Translations under genes and position numbers: made by a program
The notes under the pieces: generated by a model
What the model was told of the DNA's origin: nothing
The model's input: the letters and a program-made list of their open reading frames with translations, nothing else
The model's database searches: none
NCBI GenBank assembly: GCA_000002435.2
Contig: CM018790.1
From: Giardia intestinalis
Taxonomy: Eukaryota
Length of the DNA: 64,000 nt
Direction: 5' to 3' (one strand)
Part shown: positions 20,485 through 29,538 of the stretch, in pieces
Layout of the letters: each line of letters starts with the position of its first letter
Numbering within the stretch: the first letter of the stretch is position 1

Positions 20485-22567
20485 ATGGGCGCTGGTGGCA
20501 TCCCCGTGCTCAGCGGGGGCCTTCAGTGTTATCTACTCTCCCAAGGGATGCCCCCACCTCACTGTGAAGGAGATCCGGCTCGACGGTCTGGATCAGCACG
20601 GTGTGGATGCTATTAAGCGTAGGCTGGCCGCCCTTCTTAACATCTTTCACCCGGGTCCTCAAGTATCATCAAGTAGTCGAGGACGAGGGCCTCATCTACG
20701 TCGTCACGGACCGGCACGACAAGACCCTCGAGCACCTCCTCGCCGAGCACAAACGAAGGAAGACCCCCGTCCCCATTACTATGATCCTCTCCGTCATGAA
20801 GCAGGTCGCCGCCGCCCTCGCCTACCTCCACGGCCTCAGCGAGGTAAGTGCTAACAGGCTTGTCCACCGCGACCTCAGGCCTACCAATATCCTCATCAGC
20901 GCAGATGGTGAACACTTCGTCATCGCCGACTTCGGCCTCTGCAAGGACGCCCTGTGGAGTGGGAGTACTCTCATGGGAGTGGCGTACATGGCCCCCGAGA
21001 TTCTCCTCCGTAATGAGACCAGCCATGCTTCCGACATGTGGAGCCTCGGGGCCATCATTTATGAATTAGTAACTCTGAGGAGACCGGACTTCTTGGGGGG
21101 CAAGGAGCCGGCAGAGGTCTTCGTCGATGGGTGGAGACCAGACCTGAGCGGTCTCACTGATGGCTTCATGCAGAATGTTCTGGAGGGGATATTCGTATTG
21201 GAGCCAGAGAGGAGGCCGACGGCCAGGGAGCTGCACGAGACGCTCGCTACATTCGACATCCCAGTTGGTGAGTTGGGAGGTCAGTGCGTGATGCTGAAGT
21301 ATAAGTGCGGATCCTTGGAGGCTGCGCTGAATGGCGCTAACGCCAGGATCGCGTTGCTGGAAGAGGATGTTAAGATTAAATCTACTAAGATCGACGCACT
21401 TGAAGACCAAAGTAAGGAACATCTAGCTATGATTAAGGCACTGGAGAATAAGCTTGCACAGTTCGATGACAGGATGAACACGACTGACCCTCAGTCCAGC
21501 CTCTTTTTGTTGCCCGGGCTGATGCGTGCCGCGCATACGAATAGCACGGAGACCGTCTGGATGCTGCTTGAAGAAAGACTCGGTGTTGGTCAGCGCGACG
21601 AGCAGGGGCGCATCAGTCCCGTCGAGTTGCTTGTTGGGGAGGAGAACGGTCTCCAGGACAAGAATGGCTGGACTACCTGATGATCGCCACAGAGGAGGAC
21701 TATGCAAGAGCTGCCTCCCTTCTGGTCCCATATGAGAAGGACCGGATCGGCAGCGAAGGCAAGACGGCCTTGGTGATGCGGCAGAGGCAGGACATGGAAC
21801 CGTGGTGGAGGCCATCGACCCAACCGATGAGAATGGCATCACAGCACTCATGCGAGCTGTTAATAGAAACGACGCGGGGGCTGTGAAGGCAGTCATACTT
21901 AGCCAGAGAAGGAGGAAAACATACAAAGAGGTCACAAGAAGCGGATGGTACATGCGCAAAGGAACAGCTCTGATGATGGCTGCGGCAATGGATACGCAGA
22001 AATAGTAGAACTGCTAGCAGAGCACGAAAAGGGAGAGAAAGTAGGCGGTTGGGCCGCTCTCGTATTCGCGGCACTGTGCAATCGTTCCAATGACCCCCTG
22101 GTGGACTATATTGGGCACGTTGAGCTTTTGATGGAGTATGAGAGCAGTATCTCAGGGTGGACGGAGCTCATGTATGCAGCAGCACGAGGGCACGAAGGAA
22201 TCGTAGAGCTACTCGAGCAGGAGACTGGCATAAGGAACAACGAGCATCAGACTGTCCTCACATGGACGGTGTGCAATGGCCATCCAGAGTGTGTCAGACC
22301 CCTGCTGAAGGACGAAGGCGGCATGCAAACGACCAAGGGGGGATCGCCCTTATGAACGCAGCATATAGCAACGCCGTGGAGTGTGTAAGGCTTCCTAAAG
22401 AAAACGAGAAGGATCTGAAGACAACCTGCAGTTGCTATGATCACTCGCCCGGTACCACTGCTTTCGACATCGCTAAGAAGAAGGATCACAAAGAGATGGT
22501 AGGCATCCTCTCAAACGAGATCTACTCTGTTTCAACAATGTCGGCTTGCCAGCTCCTGTCCGAGTAA
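20485..22567 (+). pseudogene. NEK-type kinase + ankyrin-repeat gene disrupted by at least five frameshifts (pseudogene)
   Basis: The ATG at 20485 is immediately out of frame with the N-lobe (GAFSVIYSPKG...VKEIRLD). The kinase core (HRDLRPTNIL, DFGLCK, YMAPE) continues in another frame (track ORF 20601..21680, GTG-initiated). A coiled-coil follows. Ankyrin repeats (GKTALVMR, GITALMRAVNRNDAGAVKAV, GWAALVFAALCN, GWTELMYAAARGHEGIVELL, GGIALMNAAYSNAVECV) are then spread over frames 2, 1, 0 and 2 between 21680 and 22567. Other long ORFs in the window are intact, so sequencing error is an unlikely cause. Confidence 0.7.
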
Positions 22568-22569
22568 AC

Positions 22570-23597
22570 CCGTCCAGAGTCCGAAGCTCGGATGCCGTCC
22601 ACTCTGGAGAAGAGCCTTGTGCATCCCGCCTGGGAGCCGTTGGGTGCCCCACTATGCGCTTCGGGGCGTCCCTTCTCTCTGGTCCGTCGGGGTCAGCCAT
22701 CGTCTGACATCTATTGAGCTCCTGCTGTCCCGGGCCTGCCGTCGGTCACAGCAGCCTGGCCTCCACGTGGCCCTGGTGCTCTACGACGAGGATCGCACGC
22801 CACGACCTCGGGTGTCTACCCCGTTCCTCGGGTGCCTCTTTGTCTCCCCATGACGTGGATCATCGACCCTATTGTCGGAGGTGCGCTCCCCATACGCCTC
22901 CATCTTGGAGTCATAGTACGCGTTCGTGGATGCCGATGGAGTACTCCCATGCGTTGTGTCGGGGAGAGGTCCGGCCCTCTGCTCACGGATCGCAGGGCGC
23001 TTTTGCAGGTGGTCCGTCACCCAGCACGAGATCATGTCAGCGCTCACCCTGTGCAGTGCGTCTGGCTCAGTGACGTGTGGGCTGGTCCATCTGCACCGCA
23101 CAGCACGCTTGGGGGAATGATTCGGTCTGTCGAGGCGTCATCCGAGGCATCAGAAGCGATCAGGACCGGTTCGCCGCTTGGTTGTCCCGCTCGGCAGCCG
23201 GCACCCGTCTACTCGAGGGTGTCAGGCACTGCCAGCTGCTGCGGCAGACGCCTGGCGGGTGGCCCAGGTCACCGCTCTCCGGTGTGGGCAGGATCAGTCC
23301 GCCTCTGCCAACCAGACACCCCAGGGGCCCCATCTCTTGTCGAGGGATTCACATGGGTCACGTGTGGGTCCATCCCGGCCAGTGGGCAGTGATTGGTGCC
23401 ATCACTGGCTCCAGGCCCTCCGTTGCCTTCTCTATCGCCTCGGGGAAGGAGGCATAAATCTTCCCCGTCAGAAGCAGACGGCATCCGACTTCGGACTTCG
23501 GATTCTGGGTCTCGGCTGGTGAACAAACGAGAGACTGCCAGCCTAGTGCGGCGGTGGCTCGCACGAGGGGGTTTATCCGGGTAGCAGTCGGCAAACC
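22570..23597. mobile_element. Short (~1 kb) copy of a GC-rich non-coding repeat with inverted terminal segments (copy 1)
   Basis: About 99% identical to 53700-54450 over roughly 750 bp, as shown by near-identical spurious ORFs in all frames. The right ~130 bp (23465-23597, ...GCGGCGGTGGCTCGCACGAGGGGGTTTATCCGGGTAGCAGTCGGCAAAC) recurs at 36850-36981 and, reverse-complemented, at 35936-36060 and 53487-53620. The left end keeps a ~30-bp rc remnant (TCCGAAGCTCGGATGCC). Confidence 0.7.
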
Positions 23598-23655
23598 GAC
23601 CTTTTTGAACAGAGTAAATGGGAGACAAGTCTCAAAAAAGCAAATTGCCAAGGTC

Positions 23656-26448
23656 ATGCCAGTTTCCCTTTCTTGGGTTCAGGTTACTACTCCAGGAGCA
23701 CCAACTCCGCGCTACGGATGTTCCATGGTCCCAACGGCTGATGGGATTCAAATCTTTGGCGGCTATTCAACGCATTATCTCAACGAGTCTTTATCTTTTC
23801 AGTCACAATCAGAGCCTAAAAAGTGGCGTCTGCGGCGGCGATCCCGGCCATACCCTGCAGGGAGACGAGGACATATCATGGTAGGACTTGATGAATGCCA
23901 GCTTTTATTTGGAGGAGACTTAGGCTCCGCATGCGTCAATGATCTGTGGATATGCACTGGCAGCGAATGGCGTCAGATCTTTGGGCATTCAGATACAGGA
24001 TCTTCGCCTTCTGGTCGCTATGGCCACGCCGGCTGCGTTCAAAATTCGTGTCTGTATGTGTTCGGCGGAGCCGATCGCTATCAGCAAACGTCTATGTTTG
24101 GTGACCTTTGGGTATTGGATCTTACTACCTTACGTTGGAACAGAGGGCCAGAAGGCCCATCTCCAAGATATGGGCACTCAATGGTCACAGTGGGCAAAGA
24201 TATTTTCGTAATTGGTGGAATGACCCAGAGCGGACTTGCTGGGGATGTCTGGCGCTTGTGTGTCAATGAGAGTCATGCGCTGTCGTGGGTACAGCTAGAC
24301 CCTGTTTCCAAGACTCAGATTTTTCCGCCACGAACAGAGTTTTTCGCTACCGAGCTTTCTCCTTCCTCAGTGTTGCTATTCGGTGGTTCATCAGCACAAG
24401 CACCGCTTAATGACATGTGGATTCTCAATCTTAATACTCAGCAACATCTATACACTCCAGTCTGTCTTCAGATACCCTCTACGCTTCCCGTCCCCAGACA
24501 CGCCTTTGGTGCCATAACCACATCAACCGGTACCATCTCCTCTGCGCATGGGTCTGAAATAGCTGCAGAATTTGGAGGACGTGATCAGTCGTTAATCTGG
24601 CTGACAGACTTGGGATCAGTGTACACTCCTGACCATACCAGCAGCAGCTCCTACACATTATTTAATGGCTCATTTATAAAGCTATATATATTCGGAGGCA
24701 GAGGAGCAGATTCTTCCTTGAATGATCTCTGGGAATGTACGGTATGCTTGCTTGAAGAAACGGCAATGACTTACGGTATCCAGGAGACCAAGCTTACAGA
24801 CCGGAACAGACTTGCAAACCTTGGTACTAGCTTTAGTAATATCAACTATCCCCCCAACTCCGACATCGATCTTTATCGCAGCGGAGATTCGTTTGGAGAA
24901 TACAATAGCCGCACTCTTGGGGCACCAAGTACAGACATTTATATATCTCATTTGACTGAAGAAAGGTCTTTTCTATATGATAAGCCAAGCATTCAATTGC
25001 CCACTGATTCCTTCAAGCCTAACGTTCCACGGTTTCCTGAAGCACAAGAAGAGAAAGAGAAATCCTCTATTACTAAGCGTATGTCCTCTGCTAAAGACAA
25101 TGATGTACATAAGGCAAGCTTCATGGAGCACGCTAGTATCAATGACCCGTCTTTATTAAGCAACAATATATCTAGAGAGGATCACGATGCTAATGAGTCT
25201 ATAACTCCGTTTATTCACAAACCACAGCAGGCTCTAGTACGCGAAACTCTGAAGCAGCAGAGCCGCCCGTCATCTGGGGGGACCGGATCTCCTTACCGTA
25301 TGACCACATCCAATCCAGATCAGCCCGTTCAGCCCACAGATGAGGTGCAGAAGTACTTGCTAACTCAGATGGTAACCATCAATGAAAACCTTCTGAAGAT
25401 GGAGGCGGCATTCGAGGCGGCCGAACTGGCACGAAAATTCTCGGAGGATCTGGCGGAGCAATCCTCAGCTGTGGACGATCTTGCTCTAGCAGTTTCAGAG
25501 TTTAAAAATGATGTTATGCATGCCATTGAAGGCCTCTCTCAAAAGTTATCAGGATATGCAATTACCCAACAAGGACACGAAGAGGACATAGTTGAATTGA
25601 ATGGAAAATTAAATGAACTAGATAATCTAATTATTGAGCGGGCTAGTGACACTACGAGAGATGAGCTTTTTATGGAAATGCAAGTGCGAATTGCTAGTTT
25701 AACTAAGGAGAATAAAGCACTGACAGCCAGACTTACTAACGTAGAATCTTTGCTGATCGCCACAACACTTGCAAACAACCCCACTGACGAGATATTGGCT
25801 TTACTAAATGCAGTGGTCAATCAATCTGCAACTCTTCCTCTAGACATAACGACACAGCCGGTTACGGGTGTATCCAAGGAGAGCCTCAAGCCTGACACGG
25901 CTACTACCTCAGCATCGTCACAGGTCACTGGAGCAACACTGCAAGGTGTATTCGATGAGCTTCAAGAAATGGGAAAGAAACTCAATGCGCTAAGCAATAG
26001 TATTGGAACAAAATCACAACTCTCTATGCTGCCTAGCGATATTGGGGATGAGAAGGTTACAATTCAATTTGATCAACCCAGACAACGGGGCCAGCCACAA
26101 CAAGCTCGACAATTCCAAACACCGTATCGAAACGAACAGATGGCGCCACATTTTGACAGTCAACAGCGTATGCAACAAAGAGTAGAACCCAGGACACGTC
26201 AAGGTGCAGTAATCTCCCCCCGTTCAGCGGTGACGCGCACTTCAGCCATGTCACGAAGTTCCGGATCACTTTCTACATATGTAGCTGGGGAAGATCAGCG
26301 TGACACTGGTAGGCCAACGTCTGCATTTCTGTCAGCCCAGGGACGGCCGCGGTCTTTCTCTGCCTCTACTTCTCGAAAACCAAGTAATGAGTCACTTGCC
26401 ATGATAGCAAAGGTGCTTAATGCACCAGATGAACTTTCGGATGATTGA
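23656..26448 (+). CDS. Kelch-repeat (beta-propeller) protein with C-terminal coiled-coil
   Basis: The track start at 23554 is GTG inside the repeat terminus. The first ATG is 23656 (MPVSLSWVQ). Kelch signatures include PTPRYGCSMV...IFGGY, PSGRYGHAGC...YVFGG, DLWVLDLTTLRWN and PSPRYGHSMVTVGKDIFVIGG. Residues 600-760 are heptad-rich. Confidence 0.75.
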   Translation: MPVSLSWVQVTTPGAPTPRYGCSMVPTADGIQIFGGYSTHYLNESLSFQSQSEPKKWRLRRRSRPYPAGRRGHIMVGLDECQLLFGGDLGSACVNDLWICTGSEWRQIFGHSDTGSSPSGRYGHAGCVQNSCLYVFGGADRYQQTSMFGDLWVLDLTTLRWNRGPEGPSPRYGHSMVTVGKDIFVIGGMTQSGLAGDVWRLCVNESHALSWVQLDPVSKTQIFPPRTEFFATELSPSSVLLFGGSSAQAPLNDMWILNLNTQQHLYTPVCLQIPSTLPVPRHAFGAITTSTGTISSAHGSEIAAEFGGRDQSLIWLTDLGSVYTPDHTSSSSYTLFNGSFIKLYIFGGRGADSSLNDLWECTVCLLEETAMTYGIQETKLTDRNRLANLGTSFSNINYPPNSDIDLYRSGDSFGEYNSRTLGAPSTDIYISHLTEERSFLYDKPSIQLPTDSFKPNVPRFPEAQEEKEKSSITKRMSSAKDNDVHKASFMEHASINDPSLLSNNISREDHDANESITPFIHKPQQALVRETLKQQSRPSSGGTGSPYRMTTSNPDQPVQPTDEVQKYLLTQMVTINENLLKMEAAFEAAELARKFSEDLAEQSSAVDDLALAVSEFKNDVMHAIEGLSQKLSGYAITQQGHEEDIVELNGKLNELDNLIIERASDTTRDELFMEMQVRIASLTKENKALTARLTNVESLLIATTLANNPTDEILALLNAVVNQSATLPLDITTQPVTGVSKESLKPDTATTSASSQVTGATLQGVFDELQEMGKKLNALSNSIGTKSQLSMLPSDIGDEKVTIQFDQPRQRGQPQQARQFQTPYRNEQMAPHFDSQQRMQQRVEPRTRQGAVISPRSAVTRTSAMSRSSGSLSTYVAGEDQRDTGRPTSAFLSAQGRPRSFSASTSRKPSNESLAMIAKVLNAPDELSDD

Positions 26449-26514
26449 TCTCCGGTGATATACGCCGTTTGGACATGATGTAAATTTTCGAGACTTCAAC
26501 AAGCAAAAACTTAA

Positions 26515-28029
26515 ATGCGTTTTCTTTTCTGTGGAGATATCCATGGGAACGAGCAGCAACTGAGCGCAATTGTACGCTATACGTGGAAGCACAAGATTGA
26601 TGTTTTTGTTTTTCTCGGAGATTTTTCTCCCAATAGGTTTATGTACGAAAGCCCTCCAAAAGCAGATGCATTCAATAGGGACACGATTTTCCCCCTTTTT
26701 AGAGCTATCAATGCTAGATATAAGTTTGTTATGCCAGGTAATACAGACTTTGCCACTAACTCCACTATCTATGAGAACGAATTTACTGATCCTAGATTTG
26801 GCCTTTTTGAATACATTAGGCACGGAGTTCGGTACATAGACGGTAAAATTGGTGTGCTCTTTTCATCATACACTAATATATCTCCACACTCTCTCAAGGA
26901 CTCTGAGTGCGTGGATGTGGAGCGAGACAAAGTAATCCCACCAGGAAACTCCTCTCACGCACGCATGGGCACGCGCCAAACAACCCGTGTTATTGTTGAC
27001 TATGAAGAGTGTCCACGTTGTGGGCCGAACTGCATCTGCAAGGTAAAGGAAGACATCATTACTACACACAGAGATATAGAGCGGCACGCAAAGATCAAGT
27101 ATGTAGTCGCAGAGAGTCTTGCGGTTAAGGGTGTAATTAGCAAAGAACCAGATCCTAATGAGCTCTCTGATGACCCTTCCGTCGAGCCTATTATGCTCTC
27201 CGACGCCCTGGCATACAGCAAGAAGTACTTTGAGGTGGTAGATGTTATGGACCCTAGAACCCAACCGGAATGGTATCGAATTCAGCAGCAGACAACCATA
27301 TGCACCAAGATGAAAGCAACTCTTCTCAGCCTCTGTGGACTGTATGATAAGGCAGGCTATATGCAAGGTCTCAACCTGCCTCTAGAGCAGATACCAGAGG
27401 CAAATAATGTGAAGTTTGTGACTAATGAGCGAATAAAGAAGTTCGATGTTGTGGAGTGGCATAATGAGTGTTGCACTGAGTTAGTAGGTCGCTCTTTTGG
27501 AGAAGAGGAAACTTTTAAGTGGACAGACTCCAAGGACGCTTCAGGCACAGAGGTGTACATGCCACTACATTTGCGGCGTCGCATGCCGCCTCCTGTTGTG
27601 CTCTGGGCAACTCACGGCCCCACATTCAATACCACCGCTGATCGACTACGATCTGGAGACCATTGTGGAAGTAAGGGATATAGAAATATTCTCAATCTCT
27701 TGCCTTTTGAGTACATGCCAGACATCCAAATCAGCGGTCATATCCATGAGGCAGCTCGCGACGGAACATTCAGTTCATCAGAGGCGTTCACCAAAGACTG
27801 CGGAGACAAGCTGGTTGAGTTCACTAGTATTGGTAATGAAGGGCTTGTTGTCCCTTTCTGTCTCAATGTAGCATTCATTCTAATGGACTTCGATGATACC
27901 GGGAAGCTTCTTGATTACCAGCGCGTCGTTATCCCTGTTCAGCCGTACAGAGACAGTGAGGAAGCAGTGAAGCGTTTTCGGGCTAGTCTTTCTAGGGTAA
28001 CAAACATCAAAAGAGGCGACAGGGGCTGA
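26515..28029 (+). CDS. Calcineurin-like metallophosphoesterase domain protein
   Basis: ATG at 26515. Motifs are CGDIHGN (GDxHG), FLGDFSPNR (GDxxxR), MPGNTDF (GN[HT][DE]) and SGHIHEA (GHxH). Confidence 0.65.
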   Translation: MRFLFCGDIHGNEQQLSAIVRYTWKHKIDVFVFLGDFSPNRFMYESPPKADAFNRDTIFPLFRAINARYKFVMPGNTDFATNSTIYENEFTDPRFGLFEYIRHGVRYIDGKIGVLFSSYTNISPHSLKDSECVDVERDKVIPPGNSSHARMGTRQTTRVIVDYEECPRCGPNCICKVKEDIITTHRDIERHAKIKYVVAESLAVKGVISKEPDPNELSDDPSVEPIMLSDALAYSKKYFEVVDVMDPRTQPEWYRIQQQTTICTKMKATLLSLCGLYDKAGYMQGLNLPLEQIPEANNVKFVTNERIKKFDVVEWHNECCTELVGRSFGEEETFKWTDSKDASGTEVYMPLHLRRRMPPPVVLWATHGPTFNTTADRLRSGDHCGSKGYRNILNLLPFEYMPDIQISGHIHEAARDGTFSSSEAFTKDCGDKLVEFTSIGNEGLVVPFCLNVAFILMDFDDTGKLLDYQRVVIPVQPYRDSEEAVKRFRASLSRVTNIKRGDRG

Positions 28030-28210
28030 ACTGAATAGTTGAGCAGCAGAAGAGAGCAAAGTGAACAGGGCAATGAATTTGAGAGAAGACCGATACTCTG
28101 TCGACGACAGAGCGAAATCAAAAGCTGTGGTGTTTACTTAAGTGCCAACGCGTTGCGCAAAAGCACTCTTCAACCACCTTCTAGCCCAGCTGGAAAATCA
28201 CGGGCAGATG

Positions 28211-29503
28211 CTAGGAATTCCTTGGACGGATGGCGTCGGACAAATGCGGGATGATGTCCGAATCCACGACGCTGGCGTCGTAGAGATCAAGGGGTATTTC
28301 TGAGGGATCTTTAGGAAGGATATGAATCATAGAGTTGGCCTGCCCCTGTATGTAGCTATCTATAGTGAGGAAGCGTCTCTTTTCGTTGTCCCCAGCCACC
28401 ATTGTAATTGCAATACCCAGGTGTCCATAGCGGCCCGAACGACCTATCCTGTGCAGGTAAGCATCGGCAGACAGAGGTGTATCGAAGTTCACCACCACGT
28501 TAACCATCCTAATATCTATTCCGCGCGTAAATAGCTCGGTAGCTATCAAGAGGCGAGCTTGGCCATGAATAAAGTTGTCGTAGATACGAGAACGCTCTTC
28601 GGGGCTCATCCTGCTGTGCGTGTATAAACACGGAACACGGAACTCATCACAAATACTCCTGTAGAGCGCCTCGCAGCGCTGTACCGAATTGACAAAAACT
28701 ATACATTGATTGATCTTAAGGTGCTTCATCAGGAGAGAAAGGAGCTTGAGTTTATACCTATCTTCCTTAAGCATGCAAACGTATTGCGTAACACCTCTGA
28801 GCAGCAACGAGTCTTGCATGGCATTGACGTACTCAGGGTCCCTAAGGTGCTTGTCACAAAATTCCTTAAGAGAATTGGAAAACGTGGCACTGAAGAAGAG
28901 AGTCTGGCGTCTCTTATTCGAGCAGGCAGCGAGACAATTCTCTATTGAGCGGATGAAATTCTGTGAAAGAAGCATGTCGGCTTCATCGAGCACCACGATT
29001 GAACAGTCACGAAAATTGAGAATTTCTTCATCTATGAGCTGCTGCAGGCGTCCAGGAGTTGCCAGGACGACAAGTGGCTTCTCCCTGGCACGCTCGCGAT
29101 CTTCGGCTATCGAAACGCCTCCAATTGCACACATGATTCTGCCGGTGACATCTGGCATATTCTTCGAAAGAGTCTTAGCCACCTTTGCTGTCTGCATAGC
29201 CAATTCGCGCGTATGCAGAAGGACAAGAGCTTGGATGTGATCTTTCGCTGGATTGACCATCTGCAGGATGGGGATCAGAAAGGACCCCGTCTTTCCTGTC
29301 CCGTTCTTGGCACGGGCAACGACGTCCCTTCTTGCAAGGATATGGGGTATCGCCAATTCCTGCACTGGCGTGAGCTGCTGGAAGCCCTCTTGCGTTAGGC
29401 CCATGAGAAGCTCCTGCTTGAGGCCGAGGCTACTAAACAGGACCCCGGACCCCTTAACATCGTCGGTTGTGATGCGAGTATCTCTAGCACTTGTAAAAGC
29501 CAT
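28211..29503 (-). CDS. DEAD-box ATP-dependent RNA helicase, DDX6/Dhh1-like
   Basis: ATG start. Motifs are the Q motif GFQQLTPVQ, motif I ARAKNGTGKTGSF (DDX6-type), PGRL, VLDEADMLLS (DEAD), SAT, ARGIDI and HRIGRSGRYG. Confidence 0.85.
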   Translation of the reverse strand: MAFTSARDTRITTDDVKGSGVLFSSLGLKQELLMGLTQEGFQQLTPVQELAIPHILARRDVVARAKNGTGKTGSFLIPILQMVNPAKDHIQALVLLHTRELAMQTAKVAKTLSKNMPDVTGRIMCAIGGVSIAEDRERAREKPLVVLATPGRLQQLIDEEILNFRDCSIVVLDEADMLLSQNFIRSIENCLAACSNKRRQTLFFSATFSNSLKEFCDKHLRDPEYVNAMQDSLLLRGVTQYVCMLKEDRYKLKLLSLLMKHLKINQCIVFVNSVQRCEALYRSICDEFRVPCLYTHSRMSPEERSRIYDNFIHGQARLLIATELFTRGIDIRMVNVVVNFDTPLSADAYLHRIGRSGRYGHLGIAITMVAGDNEKRRFLTIDSYIQGQANSMIHILPKDPSEIPLDLYDASVVDSDIIPHLSDAIRPRNS

Positions 29504-29538
29504 TAAGCAATTTTCTTTTTAATTTTATTCACACTGAG

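Noticed and set aside
22570-23597. The GC-rich repeat could be a fragment of rDNA
   Set aside because: It contains none of the universally conserved SSU, 5.8S or LSU rRNA motifs I could recognise. Its GC content (about 60%) is well below the roughly 75% of Giardia rRNA, and it carries inverted termini typical of a mobile element. I cannot fully exclude a spacer origin (IGS) without a database search.
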